The position numbers and the translations under genes were made by a program. Source: an uncultured delta proteobacterium (lineage in GTDB: Bacteria > Desulfobacterota > Zymogenia > Zymogenales > Zymogenaceae). Taken from it: a DNA stretch of 64,000 bases. The notes beneath the pieces were generated by a model. That model saw only the letters and a list, made by a program, of their open reading frames with translations, was not told the DNA's origin and ran no database searches. This document shows positions 1 through 9,934 of the stretch, in pieces; within the stretch, counting starts at the first letter, position 1, and each line of letters begins with the position of its first letter. The stretch is taken from contig CAWBYW010000009.1 in assembly GCA_963792965.1 (NCBI GenBank), positions 32,001 to 96,000 on the forward strand. The letters run 5' to 3'.

Positions 1-220
1 TCTTTATAAGCGCCTTGCCCGGAAGCTCGATATCGGGGGAGACGATAACGGCCGAGGCCCTCGTCGTGGCAAGGAACTTCATGTATTTGGGGTTGGAGAA
101 AAACGTGATCTCCCCGGGTCCTGCCTCCTCGATCGGCCCGACACCGCAGATCACGATGCCCTCATCCCCCACCACCGCGCCGCCTACGAAGGCCGCCAGC
201 TCTCCAAGCGTCTTTTCCAT
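1..220 (-). CDS. lpxD: UDP-3-O-(3-hydroxyacyl)glucosamine N-acyltransferase LpxD, N-terminal part (runs off window)
   Basis: Manual translation from ATG at 220: MEKTLGELAAFVGGAVVGDEGIVICGVGPIEEAGPGEITFFSNPKYMKFLATTRASAVIV, a typical LpxD N-terminus; canonical position after bamA-skp. Confidence 0.9.
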   Translation of the reverse strand, partial: MEKTLGELAAFVGGAVVGDEGIVICGVGPIEEAGPGEITFFSNPKYMKFLATTRASAVIVSPDIELPGKALIK

Positions 221-430
221 TTCGACCGTCAGCCCCTCATAACGGAGTTGTCGTCCTGGGTATCCTACCCCTCGTGAGGGTAGTACGAATCCTTTCTCAG
301 ATTAATCTGACCATTCCCGTGGCCTATACCGGCCACCCCATGCTGCGCCCGACTGCCACATATCCTCTCGGGCCCCCCTGGGTGCGCGGCGCCGTGTAAT
401 AAGCCGCGGCCCCTTTCGGAATCGGTCCGC

Positions 431-952
431 CTACTTCTTGTTCAGTTCCTCGATTACGGTATCGGTAACGTCGATGTCCGGCGCGCTATAGAGGACACCG
501 GAATCGGTCCGCTCCAATATCAGCAGATATCCCTGTTGGGTGCCGATCTTTTCGACGACATCTTTCATGACGGCCAGCATCGTCCGGGCGAGCTCGGTGT
601 TCTTTGCGCTCAGGGTGTATTGATAATTCTCGTACTTTCTCTGATACTCAAGGAACTTATCCTGATAGGTACTCTCCTTCTTGGCCAGGACGTCCGCCGG
701 GAGGGTCATGGCCTTTGATTCGATCTCTTCCTTCAGCTTGACCAATTCGTCCTGACTCTTCTCCAGGTCTTTCTTGGCCGATGAGAGCTTTGAGGTTATC
801 TCCGCGGTTGCCTTCTTCCCCTGTTTTGAGAGATCGATGATCTTGGCCATGTCAACGATCCCTATCTTGACCTCTTGTGCGCGTGCCTGCCCCGTCCCCG
901 TGACAAGAGCCGCCAGAAAGAGGACGACCACTATAACCATTGCTCGTTTCAT
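431..952 (-). CDS. skp: OmpH/Skp periplasmic chaperone
   Basis: Signal peptide, KIGIVDM motif, long coiled coil, C-terminal DVTDTVIEELN; downstream of bamA (alternative start 964). Confidence 0.92.
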   Translation of the reverse strand: MKRAMVIVVVLFLAALVTGTGQARAQEVKIGIVDMAKIIDLSKQGKKATAEITSKLSSAKKDLEKSQDELVKLKEEIESKAMTLPADVLAKKESTYQDKFLEYQRKYENYQYTLSAKNTELARTMLAVMKDVVEKIGTQQGYLLILERTDSGVLYSAPDIDVTDTVIEELNKK

Positions 953-976
953 CGCGCCCCCCATGCCTTCACACGT

Positions 977-1007
977 AAAAAGGGGGAGAAGCGGACGCTC
1001 CTCCCCC
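977..1007 (-). terminator. Putative intrinsic terminator between bamA and skp
   Basis: GGGGGAG/CTCCCCC stem followed by a T-run on the minus strand. Confidence 0.5.
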
Positions 1008-1027
1008 CAGCACGTCCATTCGTGAAT

Positions 1028-3682
1028 TTAGAAGCTTGTGCCCACAGAGAAGCTCCATTCCGACGAGCTTTCTCCCTTTTCGGGTTTGAGGTTATATCCC
1101 CATTCGACCCTGATCGGACCAAGCGGTGAGATCCACCTGATGCCGGCGCCGATGGAGTACCTCAAACCTCCGAAGTCCCAATCCTGGTTTTCACCCCACA
1201 CGTTTCCGGTGTCGAAGAATACCACGCCCTTCATCTTGATATCCTCAAAGAGCGGGAAGATGAGCTCAAGGTTTGCGATGATCTCCTTATTACCGCCGAG
1301 ATACTCTCCCGTAACCGGGTCCTTTGGCCCGACGCTGTCAGGCTTGAATCCACGGATCGTGTTAAGGCCGCCGGCAAAGAACCGGGCGTAGATCGGTATG
1401 TCTTCGCTCTGAAGGCTGTAGGCATAGCCGACGATAAGCCGCGGGTGAAATACCAGTTTCCAGACCACCGGGAAATACCAGCTCGATTCCAACACGCCCT
1501 TGACGTAGTACTCGTCGCCGCCGATGCCGGCATAGAAGACCGACAGCCTGTTCAGGCTCCCCCTGCTCGGATCGAAGGCGTTGTCCCGCGTGTCACGGAC
1601 CAGCATTGCCTCGATGCCGCTCGTAATGGTATGTCCCGGATTTTCAGTGACGTCCTCGGGCGCGTCGGTCTGGATATCGAACAGATTAACATCGTTGTAC
1701 ACATAGGTGACGTAAAGCTCGGTATCCGAGAAGACAGGATATCCGCCTCCGACTTCAAACCCGAGGGTCTCGGCGGAGTAGGTGTCAAATGAGCGCGTCA
1801 GGTCATAGGCCTTGAGCGACACGGTGAGGTTCGTATCAAGGAAATAGGGGTCTATGATGCCCACTTCGTAGTTCGTGGCGATACTGGAAAACTCGCCCAT
1901 GATGCTCACCCGGTAGCCCCTGCCGAAGAGGTTGTTCTCCTGCAGCCTGACCATGCCGGTAAGCTGGGCGATGCTCGAGTAGCCCAACCCCGCGGAGATA
2001 AGGCCGGTCGGTTTTTCCTTGACGTTGACGTTTACGATGACCTTGTCATCGGCGCTTCCCCGCTCCGTGGCGAAGTTGACCTCTTCAAAATATCCGAGGT
2101 TGTTTACCAGTTCCTTGCTCCGCTCGAGGTCGTCACCGTTGAAAAGGTCGCCTTCGGCGAACTTAAGCTCGCGCCTGATGACCTTATCAAGGGTCTTTAC
2201 GTTGCCGCTGATGTTGATCCGCTCGAAGTAGGTCTTCTTCCCCTTGGTGATGCCGTAATCGACATCAACGAGCAATTTTTCCTTGTCCAGGTTTGTCTTA
2301 GGCTGGACGTCCACGAGGGCGTATCCCTCGTTGTTATATTCCCGCGTGAGGTAATCGATATCGGCGATGAGGTTGGCCCTCGAGAAGGTGTCGCCGGACT
2401 TCAACGCGAGCTTCTTGGCAAACAACTCTTTGGCCCTGATAAGGTCGCCGGAAACGTCAACGCTGCCGACCCGGTATTGTTTCCCCTCATTGATCTTATA
2501 GGTAATAAAGATGTTGCTGCCCTTCATCTCGACGACGGGTGGCTCGACCACCGCTTCCAGATATCCATGGTCAAAGTAGACCGCCGTGACCCGCTCCACG
2601 TCGGTGTCCAGCTCTTCTTTCTTGAACTTACCCCGATCGCTGATCCACCAGAACCATCCCTTGTGTTTGTTGGCCAGTCCCTTCTCGATGGTTCGGTCGG
2701 AGAGCTCCTTATTTCCGATGAAGATGACCTTCTTGATCATCATCTTTTCGCCTTCGGATATATTGAACTCGACGGCCACCTCATCCTCGGTGAGCGGCAC
2801 AATCTTGTAATCAACCGTTGCGCCATGGTACTGTTTTTCGGCGTAGAGGTCTTTTACCTTTTCGAGGCTGTCTTTGACATCCTTGATGGAAAGGACCTTC
2901 GGAGGCTTGACCGTGATCACCTCGAAGAGGTCTTTTGAGGAAATGGCGTCATTCCCGTTGAGCCTGACCTCCCGCACGAGCGGTCGCTCCTTCACCGTGA
3001 AGACTACCTCGGTGCCTCCCTCCACCTTCTTCGTGGCGACCGTCACCGTCTCGAAGTATCCCATACTGGTGATCGATTTTACGTCTTCGGCGAGGAATTT
3101 CTCATAGGGAAGCGTACCCTCTCGGCTGACGATGTTGCCCAGCACCTCTTCCTCGGTGAGTCTTTTCAGGCCCACGATGGTGACTTTGACGATCTTGTCG
3201 GAGGCAAATATCTTCTCATTGACCTTCTTGGCCAGCTCGCCGACGCGGTCCAGGACCGTCGCGATACCGTATGTCTCGACATAGAACCTGTCGGCCTCCT
3301 TGTTTGAGCGTGGATCGACGAGTTTTGCGTCAAGACTGATTGTCTCGCCGACCTTCGTCATGCTCCCGAAGACGACGTAATCCGCTCCCAGCTTGCGCCC
3401 CACCTCGCGGGCATAATTCTCGTCGATCTCGGAGGGGAGCTTCGTCCCTACGACCGCCGTTATTTTGTCGATGTCGAGAGGTTCGATTCTTTCATGGTAA
3501 GCCAGCGCGGACAAGAGGACCTCCTGAATATCTCCCTCATACGGCGAGAGGTCCTCGGCGGAGTAGATGGCAAACGGGAGTACCGCCACTTTGATCTTTC
3601 GCTCCGCCGCGATACTCCAAGACGTGAAGAGGGCCATCAAAAAGGCGAGAGCCATAAAAATAATAAGGACTCTTTTCGACAT
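1028..3682 (-). CDS. bamA: Outer membrane protein assembly factor BamA with extra N-terminal TolB-N/CsgG-like domain
   Basis: POTRA repeats, IRGF motif, C-terminal aromatic residue (SVGTSF); N-terminal KVAVLPF domain; GGAGG SD before ATG 3682. Confidence 0.95.
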   Translation of the reverse strand: MSKRVLIIFMALAFLMALFTSWSIAAERKIKVAVLPFAIYSAEDLSPYEGDIQEVLLSALAYHERIEPLDIDKITAVVGTKLPSEIDENYAREVGRKLGADYVVFGSMTKVGETISLDAKLVDPRSNKEADRFYVETYGIATVLDRVGELAKKVNEKIFASDKIVKVTIVGLKRLTEEEVLGNIVSREGTLPYEKFLAEDVKSITSMGYFETVTVATKKVEGGTEVVFTVKERPLVREVRLNGNDAISSKDLFEVITVKPPKVLSIKDVKDSLEKVKDLYAEKQYHGATVDYKIVPLTEDEVAVEFNISEGEKMMIKKVIFIGNKELSDRTIEKGLANKHKGWFWWISDRGKFKKEELDTDVERVTAVYFDHGYLEAVVEPPVVEMKGSNIFITYKINEGKQYRVGSVDVSGDLIRAKELFAKKLALKSGDTFSRANLIADIDYLTREYNNEGYALVDVQPKTNLDKEKLLVDVDYGITKGKKTYFERINISGNVKTLDKVIRRELKFAEGDLFNGDDLERSKELVNNLGYFEEVNFATERGSADDKVIVNVNVKEKPTGLISAGLGYSSIAQLTGMVRLQENNLFGRGYRVSIMGEFSSIATNYEVGIIDPYFLDTNLTVSLKAYDLTRSFDTYSAETLGFEVGGGYPVFSDTELYVTYVYNDVNLFDIQTDAPEDVTENPGHTITSGIEAMLVRDTRDNAFDPSRGSLNRLSVFYAGIGGDEYYVKGVLESSWYFPVVWKLVFHPRLIVGYAYSLQSEDIPIYARFFAGGLNTIRGFKPDSVGPKDPVTGEYLGGNKEIIANLELIFPLFEDIKMKGVVFFDTGNVWGENQDWDFGGLRYSIGAGIRWISPLGPIRVEWGYNLKPEKGESSSEWSFSVGTSF

Positions 3683-3717
3683 TACGTCCTCCAAAAATGA
3701 CTAGGAAAAGCGAAGAG

Positions 3718-3745
3718 ATTATATCAAATAGACACCGGTTGTAAA
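3718..3745 (-). promoter_or_regulatory. Putative sigma70 promoter for bamA
   Basis: TTTACA-16 nt-TATAAT with TG extended -10 on the minus strand. Confidence 0.55.
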
Positions 3746-3753
3746 GGAAAAAA

Positions 3754-4431
3754 TCAGCTTATCCCCGTTATCCGCCCGTCCTCGAGAATCAATGATCTCC
3801 CTTCTCTCTCGGCAAGCTTCAGGTTGTGAGTAACAATTATCAGGGTGATGTGCATCTCTTTATTGAGCTCCATCAAGAGCTCATGCACTTCCTCACCGGT
3901 CTTTGTGTCGAGATTTCCGGTCGGCTCATCGGCCAACACGAGGTCCGGGGTCAAGAGCGTGGCCCGCGCTACCGCCACACGCTGCTGCTCGCCGCCGGAG
4001 AGCTCCCCGGGCTTGTGGTCCACCCGGTCGGCAAGCCCCAGCCGTCCGAGGATCTTGACGGCCTGCGCCCGCGCGGCCGACGTCGGAAAGCGCCCGACAA
4101 GTGCCGGCATCATGACGTTTTCCAGCGCCGTAAACTCAGGCAGCAGGTGGTGGAACTGGAAGACGAAGCCGATCCGCTTGTTGCGGAACGCGGCCAGATC
4201 CCGGTCTCCCATCGAAAAGACGTCGACCCCGTCGTGGATCACTGTGCCGGACGTGGGGCGGTCCAGGGCCCCGAGGATATGCAGGAGGGTCGATTTGCCC
4301 GCCCCCGACGCGCCGAGGATGTTGATCACCTCGCCCCGCTCGATCGTCAGGTTCATCCCCTTGAGGACTTCCACCTTCTTGCCGTCGGCAAAAAAGGTTT
4401 TGTACAGATCTTGAACGTGAATAAGTGCCAT
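3754..4431 (-). CDS. lolD: Lipoprotein-releasing ABC transporter ATP-binding subunit
   Basis: Walker [35 protein letters not shown]; context between lolC/E and bamA. Confidence 0.93.
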   Translation of the reverse strand: MALIHVQDLYKTFFADGKKVEVLKGMNLTIERGEVINILGASGAGKSTLLHILGALDRPTSGTVIHDGVDVFSMGDRDLAAFRNKRIGFVFQFHHLLPEFTALENVMMPALVGRFPTSAARAQAVKILGRLGLADRVDHKPGELSGGEQQRVAVARATLLTPDLVLADEPTGNLDTKTGEEVHELLMELNKEMHITLIIVTHNLKLAEREGRSLILEDGRITGIS

Positions 4432-4434
4432 CGG

Positions 4435-5655
4435 TTATATCATCCCGCTTTCAATCTTCCGGTTTTTGAACTGCATGATCGTGGATATGGTATTTTCTAC
4501 CCTCATCTGGATATAGTGAGCAAGGCGCTCTTCGATCTCGGGATAGCGCCTCATCTGTTGTTGGACGGCTGGCTTCGGAATCTGCGCCAGATCGGTATCG
4601 GAGAGAGCCGTTACCGTCGCCGTTCGGGGCTTGCCCGTGATCACGGAGACCTCACCGAAAAAATCCCCGGACCTCAGCCGCGCAAGCGTTACCACCGCCC
4701 CTTCTTTTTGAGTGGTGACCCCCACCTCCCCCGAGATGATCACGTACATCCTGTCTCCCTCTTCCCCCTCCCGCACGATCCGCTCTCCCGTTTTGTGGGT
4801 CGAGAAAACCACGGCCGACATCAGCTGCGCTCTCCCCTCGGGCGGCAGCGCGGAGAAGAGAGGCGAAACGGCAAGGAGGGTGTCCAGGACGCGCTCCTTA
4901 TAGAACTTTCGAAGGACCTCATTGACCCGGGGATGTTTTTTCACGATCGACCCGACGTCCTTCTTCCCGATCTCAAGCAGGGTGCAGTCCGTCAGGGCTT
5001 TCACGGACGCCGACCGCTTCTCGCCCGAGAAGTAGCCGAACTCGCCGAAAAAACTCCCCTCGTCGAGGTTCGTAATCCAGACCTCGTTTTGATCCGCGTC
5101 GCTCTTGAAGATCGATACGCGCCCCGAGACGATGATATAGATCGAGTTGCCGACGTCCCCCTCGCGGATAATCATCCCGCCGGCCGCAACCGATAGCGGG
5201 ATCAGCTTTTCGGTCACCGCCGTAAACTCGTCCTGGGTCAAGTCGGAAAAGAGCGGGGGCCTCGGAAAGTCCGCCCTCGTCTTTTTCGTCTCCCCCCGTT
5301 TGATGCCGGGAAGCACGTCTTGCCTGTTCTTCTGCTCAGAGAGAAGCAAGAGCCGTATTTCGCCGTCAGGGAAGTCCGGTTTGATTTTGAGGATCAGCCG
5401 GTGGACGGCGATCGCCTTGATGAGGAACCCCTCTTTTGCGTAGAGGCCGACGAGCCGATCGTAGACGCGGCATGCCTCGTCGTTTTTCCCGAGCTTCGCG
5501 TAGGCGTCCCCCGCCCTCATGAGGGCGTGGAGATCGTCCGGCGACTCTTTCAGGATCTCCATGAAGTTCCTGAGGGCCCGCTCCCAGTTCCCCTTGCCGA
5601 TCTCGAGTGCGCCTTTTTCCTTGAGCCGCGCTATCTTTTCTTTTATATCTTCCAC
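4435..5655 (-). CDS. TPR plus tandem cyclic-nucleotide-binding domain protein
   Basis: N-terminal TPR-like helices; two CNB domains with phosphate-binding cassettes FGEFGYFSGEKRSASV and FGEVSVITGKPRTATV. Confidence 0.85.
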   Translation of the reverse strand: MEDIKEKIARLKEKGALEIGKGNWERALRNFMEILKESPDDLHALMRAGDAYAKLGKNDEACRVYDRLVGLYAKEGFLIKAIAVHRLILKIKPDFPDGEIRLLLLSEQKNRQDVLPGIKRGETKKTRADFPRPPLFSDLTQDEFTAVTEKLIPLSVAAGGMIIREGDVGNSIYIIVSGRVSIFKSDADQNEVWITNLDEGSFFGEFGYFSGEKRSASVKALTDCTLLEIGKKDVGSIVKKHPRVNEVLRKFYKERVLDTLLAVSPLFSALPPEGRAQLMSAVVFSTHKTGERIVREGEEGDRMYVIISGEVGVTTQKEGAVVTLARLRSGDFFGEVSVITGKPRTATVTALSDTDLAQIPKPAVQQQMRRYPEIEERLAHYIQMRVENTISTIMQFKNRKIESGMI

Positions 5656-5668
5656 TGCTGACTGTCTG

Positions 5669-6898
5669 CTATTCGTATCTGAGGGCCTCCACCGGATCCA
5701 TCCGGGAAGCCTGCCACGAAGGATAAATCGTTGCCAAAAGACAGAGCATGAGAGAACAGATGACGATGATCACGATGTCGGAGGTGACCATCTTCACCGG
5801 GAGCGTCGAGATGTAGTAGACGTCCGGGTTCAGCTTGATGAAGTGATAGCGGCCGAGGATCTGGCACATGCCCCAGCCGAAGGCTGACCCGAGCGCCGTC
5901 CCAAACGCCCCGATGATCGTCCCCTCGAAGATGAAGATTCTCATGATGCTCCGCTTCGTGGCCCCCATCGCCTTGAGGATGGCGATGTCCCTGCTCTTCT
6001 CCATGACCAGCATGATGAGTGCCGAGGCGATGTTGAACGCCGCCACGAAGACGATCATCACCAGGATAATGAACATCGCAACTTTTTCCAGCGCAAGCGC
6101 CGCGAAGAGGTTCTTGTTCATGTCCATCCAGTCCATCGTATAGAACGGCATGGAGAGCTCGCCCTGGATGGTCTTGCCCACCTCCTTGGCCTTGTAGATG
6201 TCTTTGAGCCTCACCTCGACGCCGGTGACGGTATCACCCATGTCCAGGAAGGCCTGGGCGCTCGGGATGGAGATGTAGGCAAACGCGGAGTCATAGTCGT
6301 ACATCCCCGCCTCGAAGATGCCGACCACCACGAATCGCTTCATCTTCGGCGTCATGCCCAGCGGCGTTATCTCGCCGCCCGTGGGCGAGAGCATCACGAG
6401 GTAATCGCCGTAGGTTACCCGGAGGAGCTTTGCCAGCTCCCTGCCGAGGATGATCCCCGGCACCCCGTCTTTGCCGGTGGAGAGCTCATCGAGGCTCCCG
6501 ATCTTGAGATTCTTCTTGAGGTCTATGACGCCGCCAGCCGTTTTCGGATCGATCCCCCTGAGCACCGCCCCCGATATCCCGCCGTCCTCGGACGACAGCA
6601 TGATCTGGGTCTGGATATAGGGGGTCGCCGCCACGACGTCCGTGACCTTCGTGATGGTGTCGATCACGGAGCTATAGTCCTGGATGTTCCCCTCGTTATT
6701 CAGCACGACCAGGTGAGAGTAGGCGCCGAGGATCTTGGTCTGGAGGTCCTCCTTGAAGCCCGCCATCACCGAGATGACGATGATGAGCGCCGCCACCCCG
6801 AGGGCGACCCCGCCGATGGAGATGAAGGTGATGAGCGAGATGAAGGACTGTTTCCTCTTCGCCTTCAGGTAGCGCCTGCTGATGAGGAGCTCGTACAT
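5669..6898 (-). CDS. lolE: Lipoprotein-releasing ABC transporter permease LolC/E family
   Basis: RYLKAKRKQSFISLI, GVALGVAALIIVISVM, YPSWQASRMDPVEALRYE. Confidence 0.92.
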   Translation of the reverse strand: MYELLISRRYLKAKRKQSFISLITFISIGGVALGVAALIIVISVMAGFKEDLQTKILGAYSHLVVLNNEGNIQDYSSVIDTITKVTDVVAATPYIQTQIMLSSEDGGISGAVLRGIDPKTAGGVIDLKKNLKIGSLDELSTGKDGVPGIILGRELAKLLRVTYGDYLVMLSPTGGEITPLGMTPKMKRFVVVGIFEAGMYDYDSAFAYISIPSAQAFLDMGDTVTGVEVRLKDIYKAKEVGKTIQGELSMPFYTMDWMDMNKNLFAALALEKVAMFIILVMIVFVAAFNIASALIMLVMEKSRDIAILKAMGATKRSIMRIFIFEGTIIGAFGTALGSAFGWGMCQILGRYHFIKLNPDVYYISTLPVKMVTSDIVIIVICSLMLCLLATIYPSWQASRMDPVEALRYE

Positions 6899-6906
6899 GG
6901 CCTCGC

Positions 6907-8415
6907 CTATTCCTTTTCGCGCATCTGGGGGAAGAGGATCACGTCCCGTATCGAGGCCGAGTCCGTGAAGATCATCACCATCCTGTCTATGCCGATGCCC
7001 TCGCCCGCCGCGGGGGGCAACCCGTACTCGAGGGCGCGGATGTAGTCTTTGTCATACTCCCGGATCCCTTCCCCGAAGTCGACCGACTCGATCTGGTGCA
7101 GGAACCGCCGCTCCTGGTCGTCCGGGTCGTTGAGCTCCGAAAATCCGTTGGCGACCTCCATCGCCGCGATGTAGAGCTCGAAGCGGTCGGTGAACCCGGG
7201 CTTCTCGTCCGAGGGCCGCGAGAGGGGCGAGACCTCGACGGGGTAGCTCGTGACGAAAACGGGGCCCGTGAGCTTATCCTCCGCGGTCTTCTCGAAAAGC
7301 TCGAGCAGCAGCTTTCCCCATCCCCACGCCGGCTCCGCCTCGGCGCCGAGTTTTTTGAGCCGGTCGCGCATGAGCGACTCGTCCGTGATCGTCTTTTCGT
7401 CGATACCGCCGTATTTCACGACGGCCTCGGCCATCTCGATCCTCTCCCAGGGCGGGGTCAGGTCGAGCTCCGTGCCCTGGTAGGTGATCGATGTTTTACC
7501 GGTGACCTTTGCGGCGACGGAGGCAAACAGCTCCTCGGTGAGATCCATCAGGTCGTGGTAGGTGTGGTAGGTCTCGTAGAATTCGAGCATCGTGAACTCG
7601 GGGTTGTGGTGCGTGGAGATGCCCTCGTTCCTGAAGTTCTTGTTGATCTCAAATACCCGGTCCATCCCGCCCACGAGGAGCCGCTTGAGGTAGAGCTCCG
7701 GCGCGATGCGCAGGAACAGCTCCATGTCCAGCGTGTTGTGATGCGTGACGAAGGGCCGCGCCGCCGCCCCGCCGACGATCTGGTGGAGCATCGGCGTATC
7801 GACCTCGACGAACTCGTGTCCGATGAAAAAGGCGCGGACCTCGGATATCAGGCGGCTCCGCGTCAGGAAGACCTCTTTGACGCGGGGGTTCACCAAGAGG
7901 TCCACGTACCGCCTGCGGTAGCGCGTCTCCACGTCGACGAGGCCGTGCCATTTTTCCGGCAGCGGACGGAGTCCCTTGGTGAGGAGGCGCGACGAGGTGA
8001 CGTTGATGGTCAGCTCGCCCGTCTTGGTCCGAAAGGGGGTGCCAACGATGCCGATGATGTCGCCGATGTCGTAGTGCCGGGTTTCATCGTAATCCCGGCC
8101 CAGCGCCGCGGCCTGGAAGAAGATCTGGATCTGCCCCGTGCCGTCAAGTAAGTGGGCAAATGCCGACTTGCCGAAGTCCCGCTTGGAGACGAGCCGCCCG
8201 GCGACGGCAAGGGCATCGGTGTTGCCCTCGAGGCCCTCGCGCGTGGCGTCCTTGTATTTTTCGGCGATCTCACGGGAGGTGTGGGTGGGGCGGAAGTCGT
8301 TGGGGTAGGGGTTCTTGCCCGCCGCCGCAATCGCGTCGCGCTTTTCCCTCCGGATTCGAATCAATTCCTGTTCGGGCGCCTGGGTCCCTTCCCGCTCCGC
8401 CACCGTTTCCTCCAT
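6907..8415 (-). CDS. lysS: Lysine--tRNA ligase (class II)
   Basis: [40 protein letters not shown] motifs. Confidence 0.97.
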   Translation of the reverse strand: MEETVAEREGTQAPEQELIRIRREKRDAIAAAGKNPYPNDFRPTHTSREIAEKYKDATREGLEGNTDALAVAGRLVSKRDFGKSAFAHLLDGTGQIQIFFQAAALGRDYDETRHYDIGDIIGIVGTPFRTKTGELTINVTSSRLLTKGLRPLPEKWHGLVDVETRYRRRYVDLLVNPRVKEVFLTRSRLISEVRAFFIGHEFVEVDTPMLHQIVGGAAARPFVTHHNTLDMELFLRIAPELYLKRLLVGGMDRVFEINKNFRNEGISTHHNPEFTMLEFYETYHTYHDLMDLTEELFASVAAKVTGKTSITYQGTELDLTPPWERIEMAEAVVKYGGIDEKTITDESLMRDRLKKLGAEAEPAWGWGKLLLELFEKTAEDKLTGPVFVTSYPVEVSPLSRPSDEKPGFTDRFELYIAAMEVANGFSELNDPDDQERRFLHQIESVDFGEGIREYDKDYIRALEYGLPPAAGEGIGIDRMVMIFTDSASIRDVILFPQMREKE

Positions 8416-8430
8416 TCGTATAAATGAGTT

Positions 8431-8459
8431 ACTTTACCCTATCGATGGCTGTTAGTCAA
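8431..8459 (-). promoter_or_regulatory. Putative sigma70 promoter for the lysS operon
   Basis: TTGACT-17 nt-TAAAGT on the minus strand just upstream of the lysS start. Confidence 0.55.
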
Positions 8460-8547
8460 GGGGAAAGGGAGCGCCGAGGAGTGCCGACCGGGCCTGCTAA
8501 GGGTCCCCCTGACGGACAAAGGCAGGGGAGTTTATTGTGCGGACACC

Positions 8548-8575
8548 TTGACATTTACAGTCATTGTGATATCGT
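8548..8575 (+). promoter_or_regulatory. Putative sigma70 promoter for khpA
   Basis: TTGACA-16 nt-TATCGT with TG extension. Confidence 0.45.
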
Positions 8576-8745
8576 ATAGAGGCTTACCTTACAATGTACC
8601 ATAATGATAATCCAGATTGAATTGGGCTACCGAGCGAGACCGGAGAGATAAGGCATACTTCTACCCTGTGCACGTAGGTCTTAAACTACACGAGAGGGGC
8701 GGAAATGACGAAAGGGGTAATTCAGGTGAAGATGGGGGTTGAAAA

Positions 8746-8976
8746 ATGAAGGAATTGATTAAGCTGATGGCTCAGGCTCTGGTTGACAATCCTGATAAGG
8801 TTGAGGTGAACGAAGTCGTAGGAGAACAGACGTCGGTCATCGAGCTCAGAGTTGCGAAGGAAGACCTGGGAAAGGTAATAGGCAAACAGGGGCGAACGGC
8901 GTACGCGATGAGGACGATCCTTTCGGCCGCATCGATGAAATTCAACAAGCGCGCGGTGTTGGAAATTCTCGAGTAG
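8746..8976 (+). CDS. khpA: KH-domain RNA-binding protein KhpA/UPF0109 family
   Basis: [10 protein letters not shown]..., [13 protein letters not shown] (GxxG loop), 76 aa. Confidence 0.93.
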   Translation: MKELIKLMAQALVDNPDKVEVNEVVGEQTSVIELRVAKEDLGKVIGKQGRTAYAMRTILSAASMKFNKRAVLEILE

Positions 8977-9021
8977 TATGTCCGGGGAGGGGCGGCCTTT
9001 CATATTAATAGAGGTGTCCAA

Positions 9022-9273
9022 ATGGACGAGAAAGCAAAGAAACTGCTGGGACTTTGGTTAGAAACTAGTAATCCTGATCAGCCCTATGCTCACTCCGATG
9101 ACCTTGAAAGATTCTGTATTTTCGTAAAATACGCCTCACAATTCAAACCCCATGATGTTTTACAGGAAGCTGTAAAAGCATTAGAAGAAAAATATGGGGA
9201 TCGTCGAAGAGAGCTCTTCCATGAAGCCGAGAAATACATATATTTCTATGACACCATAAAGAAGATTGGGTAG
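9022..9273 (+). CDS. Hypothetical protein, 83 aa (copy 1)
   Basis: GAGGT SD; near-identical second copy at 10119 with mainly synonymous differences. Confidence 0.8.
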   Translation: MDEKAKKLLGLWLETSNPDQPYAHSDDLERFCIFVKYASQFKPHDVLQEAVKALEEKYGDRRRELFHEAEKYIYFYDTIKKIG

Positions 9274-9314
9274 TTGGAACGATATTGTGGACCTGAGGCG
9301 CCCAAATAACAGAT

Positions 9315-9400
9315 ATGCGTTGCGCGATATACGCCTGATATGGCACCGAGCTTAAAGACGACAAGTCTATCGAGGACCAAATCCGGGAGTGTCGGGATTC
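9315..9400 (+). pseudogene. N-terminal remnant of a serine recombinase (copy 1)
   Basis: Translates MRCAIYA*YGTELKDDKSIEDQIRECRD, matching the serine recombinase start AIYARxS...SIEDQ with Arg changed to stop and the catalytic Ser to Gly. Confidence 0.75.
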
Positions 9401-9449
9401 AAGAACACTCCGGGGAGGGCGGTCTTTTTTATTTACACAATCCTAAGAA

Positions 9450-9728
9450 ATGGTGATTAGTATGAAGCCCGGGGAATTTAAGCTGGAAATAGACCAATCT
9501 GAAAAGGATAAATTGTATAGATATGAAGATGGAGAATATATCTATTCTATATTTCCTTCAGACGCACGTGTATATTACGGTCAAAGAGGTACTCACCCAG
9601 CGATATCATTTAAGGGAGGACTTGACACTCAAAAAATAAGTGATCTTCAGTTTGAAGTAATACAGGGGACAAAATATAGACTGACGATTTCTCCTGATGA
9701 GAAGGAGGTAAAGGTCGAAAGTCTTTAG
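9450..9728 (+). CDS. Hypothetical protein, 92 aa, AT-rich
   Basis: Uninterrupted ORF in AT-rich DNA; no recognisable motif. Confidence 0.6.
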   Translation: MVISMKPGEFKLEIDQSEKDKLYRYEDGEYIYSIFPSDARVYYGQRGTHPAISFKGGLDTQKISDLQFEVIQGTKYRLTISPDEKEVKVESL

Positions 9729-9858
9729 AGCCATCTCCATCTATGACTGGCTTAAGTCCTTATGACTTTTCTTAACAAAGGCGCTGTCTTAGAATGGGGC
9801 AATCTGTCTAGAAATCTATCGTGAAAGTAGGTGATGAAACGAACAAAGCAGATTCACC

Positions 9859-9933
9859 CTACTCCCCCCCGCATCCGTCCTTATGCCCGAAGTCCTCGGT
9901 CTGGTCCGTCCAGCCGATCCTCCCCGCGGCGTC
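9859..9933 (-). pseudogene. Orphan 3' fragment of the SH3-domain gene (third copy)
   Basis: DAAGRIGWTDQTEDFGHKDGCGGE* versus GQIGWTDETGNFGHMDGCGE* at 16034. Confidence 0.9.
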
Positions 9934-9934
9934 C

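Larger units (their letters stand above)
8837..9427 (+). repeat. Copy 1 of a ~590-bp diverged direct repeat (khpA 3' part, 83-aa ORF, recombinase remnant)
   Basis: Aligns with 9935-10520 at an offset of about 1098 bp. Confidence 0.95.

Noticed and set aside
3826-5196. Long antisense ORFs (also 13179..14492, 26500..27933, 32220..33905 and others)
   Set aside because: Shadow frames of well-supported genes, expected in high-GC DNA, with no motifs
8974-9024. Stop-codon read-through fusing KhpA to the 83-aa ORF (in frame in copy 1)
   Set aside because: The frame is not conserved in copy 2 (44 versus 45 nt spacer) and the ORF has its own SD
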